Shown: in pieces, positions 59,247 to 64,000 of the stretch
Layout: each line of letters opens with the position of its first letter
Numbering within the stretch: the stretch's first letter is position 1
Assembly: GCA_051439425.1 (NCBI GenBank)
Contig: JBFRWD010000078.1
Coordinates: 1 to 64,000, forward strand
DNA: 64,000 nucleotides
DNA from: Synechococcus sp.
GTDB lineage: Bacteria; Cyanobacteriota; Cyanobacteriia; Thermostichales; PCC-7336
Direction: 5' to 3'
Translations under genes and position numbers: made by a program
The notes under the pieces: generated by a model
Database searches by the model: none
The model's input: the letters and a program-made list of their open reading frames with translations, nothing else
Told to the model about the DNA's origin: nothing

Positions 59247-61556
59247 CTAACGGCGTTTTCGAGGCTTTCTCGGTTTTTGAAACTTTGTTTGCAGATCGGC
59301 TAGGGATGCAGACGAACGGGCATTGGACTTGGGGCGACTGGGGCGATCGGCGATATTCGCTCTCGAACCTCCCGTATCCGGACGAGCTTGCACAATATCC
59401 GACGAGCCAACAGCTTTCATGGACAAGCCAATTCGCTTCAGCGTTTCGTCCACTTCCATCACTTTGACCTTCACCACCTGACCCACTTTGACGATGTCTT
59501 TGGGGTCTCTAACAAATCGATTGGCCAATTGGGAAATGTGTACCAGTCCGTCTTGATGCACCCCAACATCCACAAACGCACCAAAATTGGCTACGTTCGT
59601 CACCACTCCTTCCAATTCCATCCCCGGTTCCAAATCAGAAATGGTGTCGATCCCGGCTTTGAATGTGGCGTACTGGAACTGTTCGCGCGGATCGCGACCG
59701 GGCTTGTCTAGCTCCTGTACGATATCCCGCAGAGTGGGTTCACCAACGGTGTCGGTAACAAACTGCTTTAGGTCTAAGCTCTGCAAGCGATCACTATTGG
59801 CCAGCGCATCAACAGACAAACTAAGGCTATTAGCGATCGCCCCCACGATCCCGTAACTTTCTGGGTGTACCGCTGTGTTGTCAAGCGGCTGTTTACCATC
59901 GCGAATGCGTAAGAAACCGGCAGATTGTTCGAAGGCTTTGGGGCCGAGTTTGGGCACTTTCAACAATTGTTTGCGATCGCTAAATGCGCCGTTCTCGTTA
60001 CGATATCCCACAATATTGGTCGCCACGGCAGGCGTTAAACCGGCAACATAGGTAAGTAGTTCTTTTGAAGCCGTATTCAGATCTACTCCGACAAAGTTGA
60101 CGCAGCTTTCGACGGTCTCGTCCAATTGCTTTTTCAGCAGTTTTTGATCGACGTCGTGTTGGTACTGTCCCACCCCGATTGCTTTAGGTTCGACTTTGAC
60201 CAGTTCTGCCAGCGGATCTTGCAGCCGCCGTCCAATCGCAATCGCCCCCCGAACCGTCACATCCAAATCGGGGAATTCTGAAATCGCCACCTCGCTGGCG
60301 GAATAGACTGAAGCCCCTGCTTCGCTGACCATTACCTTGATGGGCTTGGATGGTAGATCTACGATCGCCTCGGCCACAAACGCATCGGTTTCGCGGCTGG
60401 CAGTACCATTGCCGATCGCAACCAGCTCGATATTATGTTTTGCAATCAAGTCGCGTAGTGTTTTAGCGGCTTCCTCTCGCCGGGCTGCTGACTGATGGGG
60501 AAATACTGCTTGGTAGGCCAAAAACTGACCGGTGCGATCGAGCGCGGCAACTTTACAGCCGGTGCGAAACCCCGGATCGATACCCAGTGTTGGCTTCATA
60601 CCGGCAGGAGCCGCCAACAGCAAATCTTTGAGGTTGGCGGCAAACGTCTGAATGGATTCGGCATCCGCCCATTCTTTCTTGGTGGCGATCGCTGCGTTGG
60701 TTAGAGACGGCTTGAGCAATCGCTGTAACGTATCGGCCAGCATGATGCTGTAAAACTCCCCCAGAGAGCGATTGCGGGTGCGCACAAACTGCTGGGTAAG
60801 ATGGACCAGAATAGATTCCTCATCAAATTCGACGGTGAGGGAGAGAATCCCCTCGGTTTGACCACGCAGCAAAGCCAATACGTTGTGGGGGGCAACTTTG
60901 CGGAGGGGAATCCGGTAGTTGCGATACATCTCGAATTTGGTAGAGCCTTCGGGATGCTTGCTCTTGATTTTGGAGACAAAGTCACCGGTTTTGAGAATCG
61001 TGTCGCGCACGTAAGCTCGCAGTTCTGCCCGTTCAGCCACGTCCTCCGCCAAAATATCTGACGCTCCTTGCAAGGCATCGTTAGTGGTTTCGACCCCCTT
61101 TTCCACATTCACAAACAGACTGGCTTCCTGCTCCAAATCGACGTGATCGCTCTTAGCCACGTTCAACTGCTGCAACTTGTTCGCCAATGGCTCAAGCCCT
61201 TTTTCGCGAGCAATGGTGGCTCGGGTTCTGCGCCTGGGTTTGTAAGGTAAATAGAGATCTTCCAGCTCGGTCTTTTGAGTACAGGCTTCGATTTGAGCTT
61301 TGAGAGCGCCGGTGAGTTTGCCTTGGGCGGCGATCGCTTCCAGGATTTTGACTTTCCGATCTGCCAGCTCCCTCAAATAGGTGTAGCGATCTTGCAGCGA
61401 TCGCAGCTGAGTTTCGTCCATCTCGCCGGTGCGCTCTTTGCGATAGCGGGCAATAAACGGCACTGTGGCACCGTCCTCCAACAGAGCCAGCGCCTCGGTT
61501 ACTTGCTTGGGGCGCAACGATAGTTCGCCAGACAGGATGGAGATAAGTTCGTTCAT
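59247..61556 (-). CDS. tex: Tex family RNA-binding transcription accessory protein
   Basis: GATVPFIARYRKE, GIDPGFRTGCK, IGNGTASRET, GVGQYQHD, C-terminal S1 domain FGAFVDVGVHQDGLVHIS. Confidence 0.96.
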   Translation of the reverse strand: MNELISILSGELSLRPKQVTEALALLEDGATVPFIARYRKERTGEMDETQLRSLQDRYTYLRELADRKVKILEAIAAQGKLTGALKAQIEACTQKTELEDLYLPYKPRRRTRATIAREKGLEPLANKLQQLNVAKSDHVDLEQEASLFVNVEKGVETTNDALQGASDILAEDVAERAELRAYVRDTILKTGDFVSKIKSKHPEGSTKFEMYRNYRIPLRKVAPHNVLALLRGQTEGILSLTVEFDEESILVHLTQQFVRTRNRSLGEFYSIMLADTLQRLLKPSLTNAAIATKKEWADAESIQTFAANLKDLLLAAPAGMKPTLGIDPGFRTGCKVAALDRTGQFLAYQAVFPHQSAARREEAAKTLRDLIAKHNIELVAIGNGTASRETDAFVAEAIVDLPSKPIKVMVSEAGASVYSASEVAISEFPDLDVTVRGAIAIGRRLQDPLAELVKVEPKAIGVGQYQHDVDQKLLKKQLDETVESCVNFVGVDLNTASKELLTYVAGLTPAVATNIVGYRNENGAFSDRKQLLKVPKLGPKAFEQSAGFLRIRDGKQPLDNTAVHPESYGIVGAIANSLSLSVDALANSDRLQSLDLKQFVTDTVGEPTLRDIVQELDKPGRDPREQFQYATFKAGIDTISDLEPGMELEGVVTNVANFGAFVDVGVHQDGLVHISQLANRFVRDPKDIVKVGQVVKVKVMEVDETLKRIGLSMKAVGSSDIVQARPDTGGSRANIADRPSRPKSNARSSASLADLQTKFQKPRKPRKRR

Positions 61557-61790
61557 AGACAGTGGATACGAGCAGTAGAGCTGCGACCTATTGTGGCAAA
61601 CATTATCGACCAGTTGGGCAGCCGACCAGATGCTGCTAATTACTCGTGAAACAGTGGCATGTATCGATATCGGTGAACGATAGTGCCATCTCGCTGAAAC
61701 GACTCGCTCTATTGACGGGATTAGTGAGGGCTAGGCCAGGAACGATCGAGCCCTAACGAACTGCATCTCCTGCAATGAGAGCCTTCTACA

Positions 61791-62138
61791 ATGAGCCAAG
61801 ATGACTTTTTTGAACGCCGGCGCATTGCCGATGCCGAACTGGAAAATGCACGAGTCACGAAAAAACTCGAAAATCATCAAGCGGATGTAGAGGAACTCAA
61901 GAAAACAGTTAAGAAACTATCCATGACGTGCAAGGCACTGTGGCAGCTCTTGCAAGAGACGTCCGATATTCCCCAATGGGCATTTGAGGAAAAATTTGAG
62001 CAAATCGAGCAGGAATCGGCAGAACGAGCTGCAACCTGTCCGGGATGCAGCAGGGTTCGACAGAAACGGATACCACACTGTATCTATTGCGGCACACCCT
62101 TTGACCTGGATATGTCGCATCGATATTTTGGCATTTGA
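61791..62138 (+). CDS. Hypothetical protein with a coiled coil and a C-terminal zinc ribbon
   Basis: CPGC...CIYCG Cys pairs after a helical region containing ALWQLL. Confidence 0.75.
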   Translation: MSQDDFFERRRIADAELENARVTKKLENHQADVEELKKTVKKLSMTCKALWQLLQETSDIPQWAFEEKFEQIEQESAERAATCPGCSRVRQKRIPHCIYCGTPFDLDMSHRYFGI

Positions 62139-62461
62139 GCACTCAGTAGTTGCCGTCTTATACAAAGGGACGGAACACTCGTTCCAGGGTAAGTTCTGAA
62201 TAGTCTAGGAAGACGTTGCCGCAATCAGAGGCAATAGCCTATCAACATTTGGAGCATCTAAACTGCTGAATCCCAAGACTTAACGTAAACTCTTGCAGTT
62301 CATTCATTACACTTATCTCCATTCCGGTTTGCTATAAATCCCGTACATCTATTTGCACTGATCGGGATACACTCCTCGAAACGTAGGGATCGATCAAGGG
62401 AGCTTCGCTATCACCGACAGTTTCTCCGAAACAGTTATCAACCTTTACACAGACAGAACCT

Positions 62462-64000
62462 ATGTGTGGAATCGCTGGTTTTATTGCTAACAATATTTCC
62501 GAAAACCCATCTGTTTCGTTGCGAAACATGATTGATGCCGTTGCGCATCGCGGACCGGATGACTCGGGCACGTTTGAAGCCAGCATCTCGAATGGCACCC
62601 GACTGCTGGGGTTGGGACACCGCCGCCTTTCGATCATTGACCTCGCCACCGGGCATCAGCCACTCGCCAGCCACGATGGCAGCATCCAATTAGTATTTAA
62701 CGGCGAAATTTACAACCATATAGAATTGCGCGAGCGCCTCCAAAAGCGCGGCTATACGTTTGCAACCAGCTCCGATTCCGAAGCAATTATCTACTCTTAC
62801 TTGGAATATGGAGAAGCTTGCGTTGAGCAGTTTCGCGGGATGTTTGCCTTCGCAATTTGGGATGCCAATCGCGAAGTTCTTTTCTTAGCTCGCGATCGCT
62901 TCGGCAAAAAGCCACTGTTCCTCTACAACCGGGACGGTAATTTTGCGTTTGCCTCAGAAATTAAGTCACTACTGCAATTTCCCGATCTGAAAACCAATAT
63001 CAATTTGCAGTCAATCTCGCAATATTTGTCCTATCGCTACGTTCCCGGCCCCGCGACCTTATTTGAAAATATCGTCAAACTACCGCCTGGGGCGATCGCC
63101 ACTTGGAAACAGGGGGACGTCCAGCAATGCTCCTTTTACACTCCCCCTGATAAGCAGAAACAAATCCAACAGCAATCGGATAGCTCCGATGATTTAGTGG
63201 GGGATTTTCTGAACGAGCTAGAAGAATCCGTGCAGGTGCGGATGATCAGTGACGTACCGATTGGGGCATTTCTCTCGGGAGGTATTGACTCGTCTGCCGT
63301 TGTGGGACTGATGGCGAAGCACAGTCAGCTCCCCGTCCAAACGTTCTCCATCGGATTTTCCGAGTCTAACTACAGCGAGCTCGGATACGCCGGAGTGATT
63401 GCACAGCAATTTAAGACCGATCACCACGAACTGGTAGTCTCTCAGGACGACCTGATGGACTTGTTGCCAGCGATGGTCGAAAGTCGAGATGCCCCGGTTT
63501 CAGAACCATCCGATATTCCGCTCTATTTACTGTCGAAAGAAGCCGAGAAAAACGTCAAAGTTGTGTTGACAGGAGAGGGCAGTGACGAGCTGCTCGGGGG
63601 CTATCCAAAGCACGTTTACGAACGCTATGCCGACAGGTATCAGCTTGTACCTAGATGGCTGCGATCCGGTTTGTTTGAGCCGTTAGTGGAGTCCTTACCC
63701 TATCGGTTCCGTCGTGCCAAAACTGCTGCTTTAAACCTAGGGTTGGATGACTGGGAAGAGCGGATGGTGCGTTGGTTTGGGGCACTATCCAAAAAAGAGG
63801 CGCAATCGCTGGTGGCTCTGCAAGTTCCTCAGCAAAAGGCTTGGCCCACAGACCATTTTGATGCCGATCTGGACAGTACGGCTCTTCGCCGCATTCTGTA
63901 TTTTGACCAAACCAGTTGGTTGCCTGACAACCTATTAGAGCGCGGCGATCGCGTCACGATGGCGGCGTCTATTGAGGCCAGAACTCCGTTCTTAGATCAC
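62462..64000 (+). CDS. asnB: Asparagine synthase (glutamine-hydrolysing) family amidotransferase, partial
   Basis: Manual translation from ATG 62462: MCGIAG...HRGPD...LGHRRLSIIDL...FNGEIYN...ARDRFGKKPL...AFLSGGIDSS...VLTGEGSDE. Open to the window edge, so absent from the ORF track. Confidence 0.95.
   Translation, partial: MCGIAGFIANNISENPSVSLRNMIDAVAHRGPDDSGTFEASISNGTRLLGLGHRRLSIIDLATGHQPLASHDGSIQLVFNGEIYNHIELRERLQKRGYTFATSSDSEAIIYSYLEYGEACVEQFRGMFAFAIWDANREVLFLARDRFGKKPLFLYNRDGNFAFASEIKSLLQFPDLKTNINLQSISQYLSYRYVPGPATLFENIVKLPPGAIATWKQGDVQQCSFYTPPDKQKQIQQQSDSSDDLVGDFLNELEESVQVRMISDVPIGAFLSGGIDSSAVVGLMAKHSQLPVQTFSIGFSESNYSELGYAGVIAQQFKTDHHELVVSQDDLMDLLPAMVESRDAPVSEPSDIPLYLLSKEAEKNVKVVLTGEGSDELLGGYPKHVYERYADRYQLVPRWLRSGLFEPLVESLPYRFRRAKTAALNLGLDDWEERMVRWFGALSKKEAQSLVALQVPQQKAWPTDHFDADLDSTALRRILYFDQTSWLPDNLLERGDRVTMAASIEARTPFLDH

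Noticed and set aside
248..63938. Numerous 60-200 aa ORFs antisense to or overlapping identified genes
   Set aside because: These are shadow ORFs with no recognisable motifs, explained by the codon structure of the real gene.
1..64000. CRISPR array, prophage, rRNA/tRNA, RNase P RNA or SRP RNA
   Set aside because: I saw no regularly spaced repeats with unique spacers, no phage genes and no signature motifs of these RNAs.

Overview
This window is cyanobacterial chromosomal DNA. Evidence: dense HIP1 GCGATCGC octamers and the photosynthesis genes petE, psbH, psbN, psb27 and crtQ. Most of it is conserved core genome: dxs, polA, metH, an ftsI-type PBP, mgdA, aas, tamB, pyrF, cofG, accC, ruvA, nadD, tex, and the start of an AsnB-family gene running off the right edge. 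Accessory material is limited to the end of an IS630 element at the left edge, an orphan IS630-type HTH gene next to a NACHT NTPase, a wza plus polysaccharide-lyase pair, and a TetR-SDR-VOC-ChrR-cupin module. I found no CRISPR array, prophage, rRNA or tRNA. The best candidates for new biology are: (1) a P-II paralogue that keeps its effector-binding core but has a rewritten T-loop, behind a perfect NtcA box; (2) a TetR mini-regulon with three copies of a 20-bp palindromic operator, a probably leaderless tetR and a structured leader; (3) an unlisted 57-aa ORF with its own RBS and terminator; (4) several strongly base-paired intergenic elements, namely a perfect 22-bp inverted repeat before polA, a nested three-stem element after psbN and a bulged hairpin right after a -10 box. 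All calls come from reading the sequence and recalling family motifs; no searches were run.
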